Assembly (NCBI GenBank): GCA_051294905.1
Contig: CM119371.1
Span: forward strand, 13,642,001 to 13,706,000
DNA: 64,000 nucleotides
Direction: 5' to 3'
Source: Botryllus schlosseri
Taxonomy: Eukaryota
The notes under the pieces were generated by a model. That model did not search any database. It was given only the letters and a program-made list of their open reading frames with translations, and was not told the origin of the DNA. Position numbers and translations under genes: made by a program. Below are positions 13,204 to 26,011 of this stretch, piece after piece (position 1 is the stretch's first letter; each line of letters starts with the position of its first letter).

Positions 13204-16200
13204 CAGGGGTGGGCAATTATTTTTTTCCGCGGGCCAAATGACAAGCAGAAAATATGTTGGCGGGCCGAGTAAGAAATTCTAGCTGTTTTCTCCAGCGTAC
13301 TGATTTTATTTCTAAATTGTTTGGTAGTGAATTATACTAAATAGTGCTCAGTGGAAGTGTTGATGTTGGGAATGAGAAAGTGACGGGTAATTACCAAAAA
13401 AATATTCATTTGCCGTCATATTTCGAAACAATGATACATTTTGAACTCTCTTTAAAGCCCTGTCCGCGTTTTCTATCGATATATTAAAATGTTTTTGAGA
13501 TGGCCGAAACAGCACTTTGTCAGGGCCCGCATAGAGTTATAAACCAAACTTCTGAGAGGCGTGGCTCCCCAGACCAGACCACAATCGTGATGCCAGATTT
13601 TAACACTACTTCCAAGCGAGATTTCTTGTATACATTAATTGGTAACGTTTTCTGTCCTAATCGCGCGAAGCGCGGAATTTTTCCATGCTATATTTTTAAC
13701 CTCTCTCAGCCCACCTACTCAGTTTTACAGCTAATAGAGCTGCGTGAGGTGTTGTCTTTGAAGTATATTAGGGATGGCCCGTTGGTATAATTACTTCGTT
13801 ACATGTTGTTATTTCGTGTGTGAAAAAATATTGAAATCGCCAAAGCGTACTCAACTAAAAGACGCACACGATTCCAAATTGGTATTTCTTCACTGCCAAC
13901 TGTGCGTCGTGGCGCGGAAACGGCTTACGCCGAAATGCCCATTCTATAAACCATTGATCTCTAAGTCGCGCGTAACCCGAGAAAAATTTGAAAGGAAGTG
14001 GCATATATTTAAAAAAAAAACTCTATAATTTATGTTCATTCACGATATAATTTTGGGGCCCTTTCGAGCTCGTCCCCCAATTGGGGGTTTGGGTGCGGCA
14101 GCTACGGTCCTGGGATACCATAAAGCTTATTATCTTGGTCGCCGGCTTCCTAGCTGTGTGCAGCTTGGTGAAATGGCCTTGTTGTTGAGCCAAGCTTGTA
14201 GTTCTTCCGATTTTCGCCGTCGCTTGACCGATTGTATATATATGTCTTCGCGTTTTGTCATAGAACCGACTTAAATTACAATCCTTAAACATGGCGACCT
14301 GCTCAAAGATTACTCCAAGTCGTTTCGGCACTTTCTTATCTTTCATTGTATCGCAGTCTTGTGATGTTTTGAAATGGTGAAATCTGCACTAAAAGGATGG
14401 GTTTACCCCTGACTCCAGTAAACAAATATATATTCATCCGAACCTTAATTGAATCTAAATGTGGCAAATGTTGCTTTCTTTTTTGACATCCTTTATGGGT
14501 GATGATGACTCACTGAATGATTGACTTGTTTTACGAATTAGAGATTTGGAAACGCATCACGTAACAATTTGAAACACAAATCGTGAAATGCGCAGAGGTG
14601 GTCAAAGTAGTCAGGAAAGCTACTCAAGTAGAAGTAGAAGTAGCGATGAAAAAAATCTACTCAAGTACGAGTAGAAGTACTTCTTCCATGAGCAACCTAA
14701 AACTACTTGAAGTAGAAGTAGAATTGACTGACTTTAAAAGTACTCAAGTGAGTAAGTAGTTGTGAAAACGATCCTAATTCGTTCACATGGATTGTAAAAA
14801 GGTGCAAATTGAGCTATGCGAAAGGTGATTGATTCATATTGATAAATACCAACAGGTATCCAATTTTCGATAGCATAAGCATTCATCCACATCATGACAG
14901 TAATGATATGGAAATGCGATACCAATCCTCTGTTTTCTCGAACAGCACGTTTTAGAAAATAACATGGTACGGCGCCATTCCCCAAATTATAAGGCCCGCA
15001 ATTTAGTAGAAGAGCAATACAGAGAAGTTATAAAGGATACGGTGTAAGTAAACACTTTGCGCGATCAGTAAACGTTAATAAAAAATATGGTGGACCGTAA
15101 AAATGCCATATTGTGTAGCCTTATTTCCGGAAATTAAAGGCATTAATACACTTCAACATGTATATTATCCAGACAAAGGAACTGATATTAATTATAACTC
15201 AAAGTATATGATATTGGGAATTAAAAGTAAAATATAAATACTACTTCTAAAAGTGGAACATGTATTTCATGCCTTTAGTCCAGAAAGTTTCAAAGGTGGT
15301 ATGCTAAAACAGCTCTAAAACTAAAAAAAAGTAAGATTCCACTTTTCTAGATTAGGACACGCCATAGACTGGACAAGTGGTCATGCTAGATTACGATATG
15401 ACAAGTAAATGCTAGATTGCGAAACATCAGTTTCAAACGTTATGATGAGCCATATATACTGTGATGAATTATTTCATGTGGGCGAAGGGCGACAATGTGA
15501 TGTAAACGGAACCACGCCAACCCGCGACCTAAATTATATGCACCGATACTTTCGTGAAATCATACCGGTCACCCCGTATCCAATGCGCGCCAAGCGCGAC
15601 GGAAATTCTTGGCTTTACTCAACTTTTATGAAAATTAAATGTTGATACACCGTGAAAACAGCCCCGAAATTTCTCTGGCTATCTTCCTGTTTGGAAGATT
15701 GAACTACTTCTACTTGACGAACTGAAAATAGCGAAAAGTAAGTAAGTAGATCACAAAATATTACGAAGTAGAAGTAGAAGTAGCAAAAAACAGATCTACT
15801 TGAGTAAGTACCAGAAGTAGAGGAAAACTACTTGAGTACTTCAAAAAAGTAGAAGTACTTCGTTACTGATCACCTCTGGAAATGCGTCATGTGACAATGG
15901 CAACAAAGCAGGTCTGGTGACTTCTTGTGACTTCAATTGTAACGACATAGTTTGCTACATCGACTATTAATTTTGAATCTGGATTACGCATGTGAGGAGG
16001 TACGTATAGGCTGTGTAATCGCAGCAGGTTAATGAACAGGCTTGATAGTAAACGAATTCGCGGTCAGTTTATACATCCTATGGTTTTAGTCCACGCAGCA
16101 ACATAAGAAAGTAGAGTTTATACTTTGAGTTTCATGCAACCTCTTTCGCGGGCCGCACAGAATAGCTCCACGGGCCGCATTTGGCCCGCGGGCCGCACTT

Positions 16201-16211
16201 TGCCAGGCCTG
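13204..16211. mobile_element. Non-autonomous hAT (Charlie-type) element with nested insertions
   Basis: Termini CAGGGGTGGGCAA...TTGCCAGGCCTG, perfect TSD ACCTAGAT, subterminal GCGGGCCG motifs. Confidence 0.85.
14593..15878. mobile_element. Non-autonomous hAT (Ac-type) element nested in 13204-16211
   Basis: TIR CAGAGGTGGTCA...TGATCACCTCTG, TSD GAAATGCG, subterminal AAGTAG repeats. A second disrupted copy lies at about 53982-60584. Confidence 0.9.
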
Positions 16212-16270
16212 ACCTAGATCCAACCGTTAGATCACGCGTGCATTTTAAGTTGGGCCACAGAGCTCTTTTG

Positions 16271-16546
16271 ATTTGTTTGTTTGCGGGTATTCATGGTGTC
16301 TGTCGCCTACAATGGTCATTTACACCAGGCCGATACTTCTTATTTTTGTGATTCCGTAGCTGCCGACTTGCAGCACGGCCCACTTTTAGGCGTTTGTAAG
16401 GCACCGCTTCGGCGGATGAAATGGCGATTAGGAGCCTAGATAAACCACCAACACTTAGGTAGGAATTTTGGAGTCGACCTCCGTCGGACTCGAATCCACA
16501 ATCCGTTTGTGTTGTAGCTGTGGATTATACCGCTATACGCTATCTC
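16271..16546 (-). mobile_element. tRNA-derived SINE
   Basis: Minus-strand head with A-box-like TAGCGTATAGCGG and B-box-like GGATTCGAGTCC, and a (CAAA)n-like tail. A paralog lies at 3957-4205. Confidence 0.7.
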
Positions 16547-17364
16547 TATGTGGTGAAAAGTTTGAGTTTACTAAACCAGCATAATATACTTGGGCTCACT
16601 CTCATCATGAGTGAACGTCTATAAATGCGATGAGCTGAATTTGCAACATAGAAACAATGTTGCCGCTGTGATTCGTGAAGAAATGTAACAGGCTCGTGAA
16701 TGAATGACATATGACAGTCACGGGTAACAGAAATGTGAAGAAATGCGATGTTAAAATAACGGGGAAACTAACACAAAAGCAATGAAATAATGCCACGATC
16801 ATATGTCATACCTGTTCACTTGTCAATGTTACGTCAAAAAGACAGAACTATTTCTTTAAGTCGAGCAGGACTAAATCTTTTCAAAACGTTAAGTGGGCTA
16901 CGACTAGTGGAAGGTTAGAAACCATGACCCAAGCAATTTTCAAATCTGTTGGTAATTGCGCTTACTATATTTATCATTTATCATCCGGATCAGGTAATCC
17001 CCAAGTAGGCCTCGGCCCGTTACTCACCGCAATACAACGGTGCCTTGTTCAAATCTTGGTTGATACAAATATATTCAATATTCGCATGAAAATTTACCAT
17101 GATTGGAAATTTTACATTCGACGCTAGTTCCATATTCAGCTTAGAAAAAATCAAGTAGTCTTTGAACAGAGCGATAAATTCCGGCTGCAGTTGACCGATA
17201 GATAGATAGATAGAATCGGCTGGGATTAATTTTCGAATACGAACCTATGAATTATAAATGTTAGCATATCGGAAGCGAACCTGAATCAAACGTTTGCCTC
17301 ATCCCACTGTATACAGTGTACAAGTACACTTAACATTGACCCACCAAACTTTCCGTACCAACAG

Positions 17365-17614
17365 TGAAATCGAAAACCTGATCAAAGCCGGAGACGACAG
17401 TACATGGATTGGGCTGAATGACGTAAACGACGAAGGATTATGGCGATGGAACGATGATGTAGTCGCAGACATGAAGCAGGTCCGCTGGTTGAAATACCAG
17501 CCCGACGACCATAAAGGACAGGAGGATTGCGGACATTACTGGAAGATGGTCGGGTGGTTTGTCAACGACGCGCCGTGCGAGCATCTCATGAACTTTATAT
17601 GCGAGAAGAATTAA
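17365..17614 (+). CDS. C-type lectin, coding exon 3 (C-half of CTLD)
   Basis: Acceptor CAACAG, encodes TWIGLND..EG.WRW, QPD, EDC, VND..C and FICEK-stop. The three exons total 678 nt, an in-frame 225-aa protein. Confidence 0.92.
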
Positions 17615-18677
17615 GATGTCTTATTGATATATTTTTACCCTACGACAATGTTCCAAAATTTGCATCCTTTTTTAAAGCAAACAATCATAAACTGTGCACA
17701 GTGTGAAGTGCGCGGCCTGGAAATTACTTGTGCCAAGTACGCATTACATTGATCAATCTGAAGGATATTGAGCTTTTCGCACTGACAAGTCTCTGCTTGG
17801 CATGTAGCCTATGGTCGAAATCCATTACGGGTATATTTTCCGTCATTGCCTGAAACATCGCTACTGGTATTTTTGTGAGAAAAAACACCTGACACACATA
17901 ACCGGAGTGAAACCGAGGACAGGCAGAATCAGAAGATGGCTACTGGAAGATAAGTCACCATTTATGGGAGTGAATATGTGGCTAACGATTAGGGTCTTAT
18001 ATCGCCAATCAGTAATGTCTATGATTGATAATGCAATTGTGTGATTCGAATTGACGACGTCAGGCATTTCTTACAGCTTGATACAGTCATCGAATACTCT
18101 CATGTATATGGCTATAGCCTACTCCATATTGAAATTAGAGTGGATTAGGACTTGGTAAGACTGATTTGAAGAACCAGACTAGCGAATTTATTTTAAAATC
18201 TACGATATGACCAAATTTAGACTTAAGACGGCCAATAGTTCGAGAGACCTCGAGGGACCAAATCATAAAATACTGCTATGATCATCACCAAACCGTAGAC
18301 GTCTTACAGCTGCAGCCTGAAGGTCACTGCACCTTGCCTAGCCAACGTAACTTCAAAAGACCCTTCAATTTCGACACGCAAAAGTGCTATATCGTTTCTC
18401 TATAGCAGGCCGGGTTCACCAACACGCGGCCCACGAAATCATATTTTGCGGCATATCGGAAGAACGCTTGGTAAAGCATTTTGTAATGCTGAAATTGAAT
18501 TCGTAGTTTAAAAATATTGTTGTCGTTATTCAAAATAGCTATTCTCCTGTGACCATCCTCAATAGCTGATACGGCTTCGGCGATGGTAATAGTATTCCGT
18601 GGAGGAAGGATTAGCTGATATGAATTGGCGTATTTTCTTGACTAACCCCAATAGCGATTCCTCAGTCGTCCAGAAGT

Positions 18678-18797
18678 GAGAGAGAGAGAGAGAGAGGGAG
18701 AGGGAGAGGGAGAGGGAGAGGGAGAGGGAGAGGGAGAGGGAGAGGGAGAGGGAGAGGGAGAGGGAGAGGGAGATGGAGAGAGAGAGATATATATATT
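18678..18797 (+). repeat. (GA)n-(GAGGGA)n-(AT)n compound microsatellite
   Basis: Directly visible in the sequence. Confidence 0.95.
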
Positions 18798-19101
18798 ATA
18801 TTCTTTTTCGCCTGCACCATCGAGATGCTTTGACGACGGAGTTGCGATACCACCGTGAGGTCATCTAGTCTGCGCCTCCGTTTTTTTCTCCTCCATGCTA
18901 TCCGAGATTGCCGAGTGCCTAGCAGGATAGCTGTGGATTCCGATTTTCGAGTCTTTGGTATGCGTTCAGCAATCACGGATAGCATGGAGGAGAAAAAAAC
19001 GGGGGTGCAGACTAGATGACCTTACTATAAAGGCCGTATCGCATCTCCGTCGTCAAAAGCATCCCGATGGTGCAGACGAAAAAGAATACCATATCTCTCT
19101 C
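18678..19101. mobile_element. Foldback MITE, Sola2-like (GAG...CTC termini, 4-bp TSD)
   Basis: About 130-bp inverted arms (TATTCTTTTTCGCCTGCACCATCG / CGATGGTGCAGACGAAAAAGAATA), with AAGT on both flanks. Confidence 0.7.
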
Positions 19102-19163
19102 AAGTAGAATGGGCGTCGATATTGTCGTCATTGGCAACATCGACAAAATAGATACACGTCCAC

Positions 19164-20819
19164 CAGAGATGAGCATGGATTAGGATTAGGTTTTTAAAAA
19201 CAGGATTTGTGAAATTTTGTCGGATTTGGATTGGATTTGGATTGGATTTACCTATTTTCTGGGAGATTGAAATGCCGTGTGGCGAATGGCGACAAATTTT
19301 ATTCAGATCAGTTATTAATGAAATTATGGTTACTAAGTTATCTTGGATCAAGTGAATCGTTGGTTGCGAAATAAAATTTTCGAATCCCTCCATTGCATCA
19401 ATTAGTATTTTTTCTGAATTTCCCGTTGGAATCGGATTAGGATTGGACATGGACTTGAATATGAAAAAGTTAAGGATTAGGATTTGAATTTGGATTTGAA
19501 GGTTCGGATTTGGATTGGATTAGGACAGTGCTCTTCAACCGGGGTTGTCGTACACCCTAGGGTGTACCAGAATTTGCAAAGGGTGTACCACTCGGATGGG
19601 TGTACAGGGGTGTACCAGATCCGAATTACATTGAGCCGATGGCTAGCTATCACAAAGGTAGGTTTATGGGCCAGTACAGGTTGACGCACAGGTTAATGAG
19701 CAGTATGGTACGATGTTATCTCAAGTGTAATACTGTACACTGCTTGATTGTGATGTCATGAGTAACTATTTCTCCTATTCATTTAGCCGTCGGCAATAGA
19801 CCAATGGTTCCGTTTGGCGTTGGAAAGTATGCAGTTAACAAACATGTGTTCAGCTAGTCGTTTGTCATTTAGTGATTTTCGAGGGAACCGCCGCGATAGC
19901 TCAGACTTCTTGAATCGGTACATCCTACCCGACGTTAATAAATACCGCAATGCACATAAATGAAGCGACGTAGCCAGCCAGGGTCGAAACAGCTTCCATG
20001 TTGAAATCGAAACCCTTTTGTTTTAAAATGCCGATTTTATGTCCAATATTTCGCCATACATTTGCAATTTAGTATTTTGTTATTAGTGATGCAAATTAGC
20101 GACAATAGACTGTGTATAGCGGCATACGATCTGAGGTTACTGACATCTCTTGCAGCCCAAGTGCTACTACCGACTGTGTGTGGTGTGGGGCAGGCCTGAT
20201 ACGCAATAGGCTGGTGCGCCCGCTATCATCGCTGATATGAATTACCGCTTCTGCAGTAGTAACTTTATACCTACTCTCTCCCCAATACTGTTCGATTTAG
20301 GTTGATTGTCGTTTGTAATGTCATGCTGTTTTTGGGCAGACACGAAATAAATTCCAATTTGCGTGGCGGGTGGCTGAACTGGCTGTGCATAGACTCTGTG
20401 ACCAAATACTATTTTATTCAGATCCACATTTTTGACGGCAATAACTCCGCTTCTACTGGTTGGAATTGAATCAAATTTGAAGAACATCGTTTTTATAGAC
20501 AACCTAATACTTTCATGGGTGAACAGAAAAATTTCAAATTTTTCGTTATTTATTTTATATAATAAATATAAACTTTCTTCTCCCGTAGCAATGCGGCTAC
20601 TGGTTGGAATTGAACCAATTTTGGTGTGTAGGCTTAAGTTAAGTAACCTAACAATTTTATCAAGTAGCCAGTACGATTTGAGAGAAAAAGTCATTTTTGA
20701 AGACCCCTAATGAACAGGGGTGTACGAGTTTTGAGCAAACGCTTAAAGGGTGTACCACGTCGAAAAAGGTTGAAGAGCACTGGATTAGGACATAGAAATT
20801 TCAAATCCGCTCATCTCTG
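19164..20819. mobile_element. hAT MITE with GGATT subterminal repeats, interrupted by a younger element
   Basis: TIR CAGAGATGAGC...GCTCATCTCTG and TSD ACGTCCAC. Confidence 0.88.
19526..20782. mobile_element. Non-autonomous hAT (Charlie-type) element nested in 19164-20819
   Basis: Perfect 15-bp TIR CAGTGCTCTTCAACC and TSD GATTAGGA. It contains one arm of an hATm-type MITE ending TTTTTGAAGACCCCTA at 20709. Confidence 0.9.
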
Positions 20820-21627
20820 ACGTCCACTTTGGCAATTTACCGCCTTGCGCCCTCTCGCGGTTCATACACTTATAAAATAAACCATCTCAATATGGTACAT
20901 CGCCCAGCTCTATATTTCTCGTGACTTAGTCTTTCGTCTCGTTTCCACGTGACTTGCTATTTATAAGCCCGTGTATTTGAATTATATGGAGACTCATTCC
21001 GATATATCCTGCTGTATATTCCATAAATTGAAACGTTATATATATTCGAGGCAATTGTCGTTGCATTCTTGTTGAGTTGTCACGACTAGCCCAGGAACGT
21101 GCGTCTACCACTGCAAGGTAAGTGGCCTAGATCCCCTTAGCCACAACTTAAAGTGGAACCCAGGGTTCAACTCTAGTAGGTTATCAGATAACAGCACGCT
21201 TTCTACAATGGTAGACAAAACTATCAAAACTAATTCTCGTTGTTAAATTAACTTTTGGTGGCAAATTGATTCGAGTACTAAAATCATTGTGCTCACTGCT
21301 CACTGCTCATGCAACCCTAACGTGGCCCTATAGCTTTGGACATTGTATGGATGGAATGGTTATATCGGATGTGGATTAGGATTTGAACTTCTATAAGTAG
21401 TCGGAGATATCGACTCGACTCAAATCGTTTTAACAAATAGTAGGGTAGCCATCCACAAACTGAAATCGCACAAGGCCGCGTCGATCGGCTATGGCCAAAT
21501 CCCATCATGGTTTTTAAAAATGATAAGCTTGCATATCGGACAGTATATCGCCCATTTTTTCCACTTCATGATAGAAAATGCAGTCTACCCAAGCTATCTA
21601 AAAACAGCCAGAGTAGTCCCTGTACAC

Positions 21628-22247
21628 TAGGGCTGTTCAAAAATAACTTTTTTTCCTGAATCTTGCTGGTTACTTGATTAAATCGTTAGGTTGCCTTAAA
21701 AAACGACGCATACCAAATTTGAATTCATTCCGACAAATATTCGCGGGTTACGTAGAGTTTGAAAATTTTGGATTTGCCCAAAAACGCAAAAAAAAAAATT
21801 TTCTCAAATTTTTTTGCCAACCCCATGAAATTGTTGGGCTGTCTTCAAAAACTATGCAAAACAAATTTGACTCAATTCCAAGCCGTAGAAGCGGAGTTAT
21901 TCCAGTTTTTCGGTAATAATTCTTGGATTATCCACCAATCAAGGATAATCTCAGAATTATCGAATAAAAACTGAAATAACTCCGGTTCTACAGCTTGGAA
22001 TTGAGTCAAATTTGTTTTGCATAGTTTTTGAAGACAGCCCAACAATTTCATGGGGTTGGCAAAAAAATTTGAGAAAAATTTTTTTTTGCGTTTTTGGGCA
22101 AATCCAAAATTTTCAAACTCTACGTAACCGGCGAATATTTGTCGGAATGAATTCAAATTTGGTATGCGTCGTTTTTTAAGGCAACCCAACGATTTAATCA
22201 AGTAACCAGCAAGATTCAGGAAAAAACGTTATTTTTGAACAGCCCTA
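21628..22247. mobile_element. Near-perfect palindromic hATm-type MITE
   Basis: TAGGGCTGTTCAAAAATAAC...GTTATTTTTGAACAGCCCTA, with arms of roughly 280 bp that are almost identical, and TSD CTGTACAC. Confidence 0.93.
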
Positions 22248-23760
22248 CTGTACACAAAGCTGGGGATAGAGCAAGTGTCACCATACTACCGTGCGATATC
22301 CGTTCTTCCATGCGTCCCTCCGTCCAAATTCCAGATTACGTTTCATTTCTGACGTTTTCTACTTGTGCCTGTACAGTGTCCAGTGGCCTGGCTGCCAAAG
22401 TTGTAACGGAGGACGAGTTATTTCCAAAAAGGAGGACATTTAAGCGTCCTCGGAGGACATTCTAGATTTCATGAAGAAAAGAGGGCAAAACCTCCTTAGG
22501 AAAACGTATGGTAACCCTACGCTACTCATTCGACAATTCGAAAGTCAATGCCAATGATTCCCAAACTGTGTGCCGCCACAGATTCTCAGGTGTGCCGAGA
22601 ACATTTTTGGGGTTTTGGAAAAGAACTGCGAAAGTATTTTTGAAAAAGGCCCGAAGACTATAGCATATGTGACTTGAAGACGCTTCAACTTCTGCAACAG
22701 CTTATAAACAAGCACAAATGATATAGAAACCAGTCATGGCATTGTAGTAATATCGAGCCATCTTTCCGCAGAAGAACGGCTAATTGATTTACGAAAATGC
22801 ACATTTAAAATGTAAAGCTATTTCTTCAAAACAATTCAACCTCTTTCTGTTGTATATGTTCGGTGCATATAATAAAAAAACATCGATCTTTTTCAAATCA
22901 TCTTAATTTCTCGGCCAAAGTGGGCCCCGAGAGTTTTTATCATATTTCTAGTTTACCACAAGTCGCAAAAGTTTGCTAACCACTAGCCTGCTTATCTACG
23001 CTCAATGCTCATCACATCACAAAAATTCGATTAAATCACACGTTTGACTTGGATTGATCGTTACGTGAAAGGCGGCATAGTATATTTAGGGATAGGTGCA
23101 TGGTCGTGAAGTCACTGCGAACAAGATTGATATAGTCGGCTGCAATTAGGCTACCAACTAGGTCGCATTGGTATGTATTATTGTCTATAAAATATGATCA
23201 ATACATCAATCATCACCAGAAATGCATGACGTGAATCAGGCATATGGTGTAAATATCATGACATTAGCACAGGTCATGTTCTGGTTTGGTGGCTTGAGTT
23301 GTTGGGCAACGTGTGAAGCAATGAGTGTCTGGTAAATTTGCACGCATGAGAACAGCATCACGCCAGCGGCCCACACATATCGGCAACTGGTAGACATTAA
23401 TAAGCAGGCAACTCTATCGCGTCACCATCACTTTTTAAATGTCATTTCCTAGCATTCGGCATCAGCCTAGCTGAGCAACACGTGCGACGTAGTAATAAAT
23501 TCGTGACTAACCTTATGACCTACACAAGACCGGGATCGTGACGTGCAGGCATCAATACAAGCAACCGCGTCACCCTGCAACAATTAGATGACGCGTTCCG
23601 TTCGAGTACCACACGTTATATAACCAATTAACCAATCATATCTTGCGATACGCTATTGAAAGGTGGCTTTGTGACGCTCACTTCCTGATACTTCCAGATA
23701 ACGGAATTTTGCTCAAATAAGACTTTACGTTTTCCAAGAAAACAATGGTTCGAACTAATG

Positions 23761-24387
23761 CAGGGCTGGCCCACCTTTTCGGCTAAAGTACGACATGAAA
23801 TTTGCGAATCATTGCGCGGGCCTCTAGAATGTTAATGAACCTTTTTCAGTAGTCCAATAGAAGCGACTCATATTTGGTGTCAGTGGAAACAATTAGGCCT
23901 ATAATACTACGCATTAAAATCGATAACACTTATGTCATTAACTAGCCGCGTCATGCCAAATAATTTTTCAACGTTGATGAATTATAATTCTGTCAATAGT
24001 ATTGGTACTTGCATATATAGCAGGTTGCCTCTGTATACCGTAGAACTTAGTTTACAAGGACATGAACAGCATTCGCCAAAATGTGTCTACCATTCATCGA
24101 GTGACAATAAATCGCGCGATGACCGAAGAAAAATTTCAAATCCACTGAGAAATATTCTACTTTATTGTAATATACGAGGATATAACAACAATGTGTCTGG
24201 CCCCTGTCCACGCCAATGCGTCGGAACAGATATTTTAGTCACCAACATCCCAAATTTCGTGGCCAGCCTCATCACATATTTGTTGACCTTTCAAGCTCAA
24301 ACTAAATTACCGGGAATTAAAACATTTTTTATAATAATTTTGACGATTACCGCGAGCCGCTCAGAATATTATCGTGGGCCACCCATG
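23761..24387. mobile_element. hAT (Charlie-type) MITE
   Basis: Degenerate TIR CAGGGCTGGCCCAC...GTGGGCCACCCATG and perfect TSD AACTAATG. Confidence 0.8.
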
Positions 24388-24886
24388 AACTAATGCTTTA
24401 TTCCTATAATGCAGCCTTGTCGCGGCTGAGATACCTTCTAAGCTCAATTGGCAATCCGTCTTCAATACGTGTTATTACGAATCATAAGCCACCTAATCAA
24501 TAATTGCATCAGGTCCAAACCAAGAAGGGTTTGCTGAATGAGACGCCATTAAAGCTGGCAGAAATAGTATCAATACAGGGAGCTACCTACTACCAAAATT
24601 GAAGAATTTATTGTATAAAGTATTATTAATGTTATCTAGTTGAGTTTGGTTAAACAATTATGTAGCATCAACAAGCATTCAGCTACAAGGTGTTACGCGC
24701 CCACGACCGAGTCATCGAATCTTCGTTATGAATAACCTATTGTTCATTACAGTAAAACATCTTAAGCGTAGGCCTGTTTGTTGTAGCATGACTATTCGAA
24801 TTCACAATCGAAACAATACATCGCCACGCCGACCTAAACCACCCACCGCAGCCTGATAACACAACAACCCACTCACATTGCACGAG

Positions 24887-24892
24887 TTTATT
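24887..24892 (-). promoter_or_regulatory. Candidate polyadenylation signal of WDR45
   Basis: AATAAA on the minus strand about 205 nt downstream of the stop codon. Confidence 0.45.
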
Positions 24893-25095
24893 ACTTTCGC
24901 AACGGCACAAGTACCGTTATTAAACAAAAATATTGAAAATGCCACGCAGATTACAGCCGTTTTACTTGACACAGGACAAACTAACGTCGAAAAAAAAGAG
25001 TACGAGGCAGCATCACACACGAGAAAACAGAAATAGCGAAAAGATATCACAAAGACATAGTAAAAATTTCAACACAGTAACAGTGTCAGTACACC

Positions 25096-25983
25096 TCAAA
25101 AATCAGCTTCGTCGCCCACTTCCAAGTACACGTCGTACGCGTCGCGGCTGCACGTGCCATCGGGCGTGAAAACGTACTTGTGAAAAGTGCCGTCGAGGCA
25201 CACCGCCACCACGCAGTTGGGCCCGGAAAACGCGCAGATACACGCGCACTCTGCGGGTACCGTAAAGTTAGCGAGGCTCCACTGCGAATCGGTGTAGCGA
25301 TTATTGAGACCGACCTTGCCGGCCTTTGAGAACGCCGAACGCCGGTTCAAATTAGTGTCTTTCAAAGCGAAGATGTGCACCGTGCCCTTGTCGCTGGACA
25401 CGCACAGAAAAGCCGAATCCCCGCTGAAGTTAATGCAGTACAGCGTGGCTTGGTCGGTTCCGCGGCGTAGCTCGACTACGAGCTGCCGGGACTGCACGTC
25501 GTAAAGACGTATCAAAGTGCCCTTGTCGGAAGCGGTGGCTACGTGCGTGCCTGCGTGATTTAGAGCGACGCACGCGATGCTCCCGTTGTGCGCGTTGATG
25601 TTAACCGGCGACGCCGATTCGCCAGTATCCGTAACGGCCAAATCCACGAGCTGTATCGCGCCGGTTTTGTGGCCTAAAGTGGCCATGATCTGTTTCTCTG
25701 AACTGGTACAAAGCTCGCATATACCGGACAGGTTTGCGGCGGTGCGCACCTCTAGGATTTTACGCGAATCGTTCGGGAAAGTGAACACAAAAACTTTGTG
25801 CAGTAGCACGGCGATCAGCTTGTCTTTCCTCAGGCGCACGTTGAGAACGTTGTCGTCGAACGTGTAGTCGAGCACGAAGGCTTTGCGTCGGTCGTCCCAG
25901 ATCGCGATGGAGTTTGCCGGAAGTTTTGGGTGCTTTCCGCCGCCGATTACGGCCAGCAGGTTCGTGCGGTGGAGCATAACGAC
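25096..25983 (-). CDS. WDR45: WD repeat domain phosphoinositide-interacting protein 4 (WIPI4), coding exon 2
   Basis: Acceptor TTTTTTTACAACAG|GTC. Encodes [57 protein letters not shown] and [13 protein letters not shown], motifs recognisable as WDR45 rather than WDR45B or WIPI1/2. Confidence 0.95.
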   Translation of the reverse strand, partial: VVMLHRTNLLAVIGGGKHPKLPANSIAIWDDRRKAFVLDYTFDDNVLNVRLRKDKLIAVLLHKVFVFTFPNDSRKILEVRTAANLSGICELCTSSEKQIMATLGHKTGAIQLVDLAVTDTGESASPVNINAHNGSIACVALNHAGTHVATASDKGTLIRLYDVQSRQLVVELRRGTDQATLYCINFSGDSAFLCVSSDKGTVHIFALKDTNLNRRSAFSKAGKVGLNNRYTDSQWSLANFTVPAECACICAFSGPNCVVAVCLDGTFHKYVFTPDGTCSRDAYDVYLEVGDEADF

Positions 25984-26011
25984 CTGTTGTAAAAAAAGTA
26001 GATGTCTCTGC

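Noticed and set aside
15409..15645. Similar 78-aa ORFs at 15409 and 60122 suggesting a small gene family
   Set aside because: Both are the same segment of two copies of one non-autonomous hAT. No domain was recognised, though a dN/dS test across copies would be needed to fully exclude coding function.
16470..16546. tRNA gene
   Set aside because: It has A/B-box-like motifs but no convincing cloverleaf, and continues into a repeated SINE body.
18662..18985. ORFs with (GE)n or (LP)n repeats
   Set aside because: They are translations of the GAGGGA microsatellite and a MITE arm.
21674..22201. Near-identical ORFs on opposite strands (MIKSLGCLKKRR...)
   Set aside because: A by-product of the palindromic MITE, with non-ATG starts and no domain.
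23932..24393. 153-aa ORF
   Set aside because: It lies in a hAT MITE and has no recognisable motifs.
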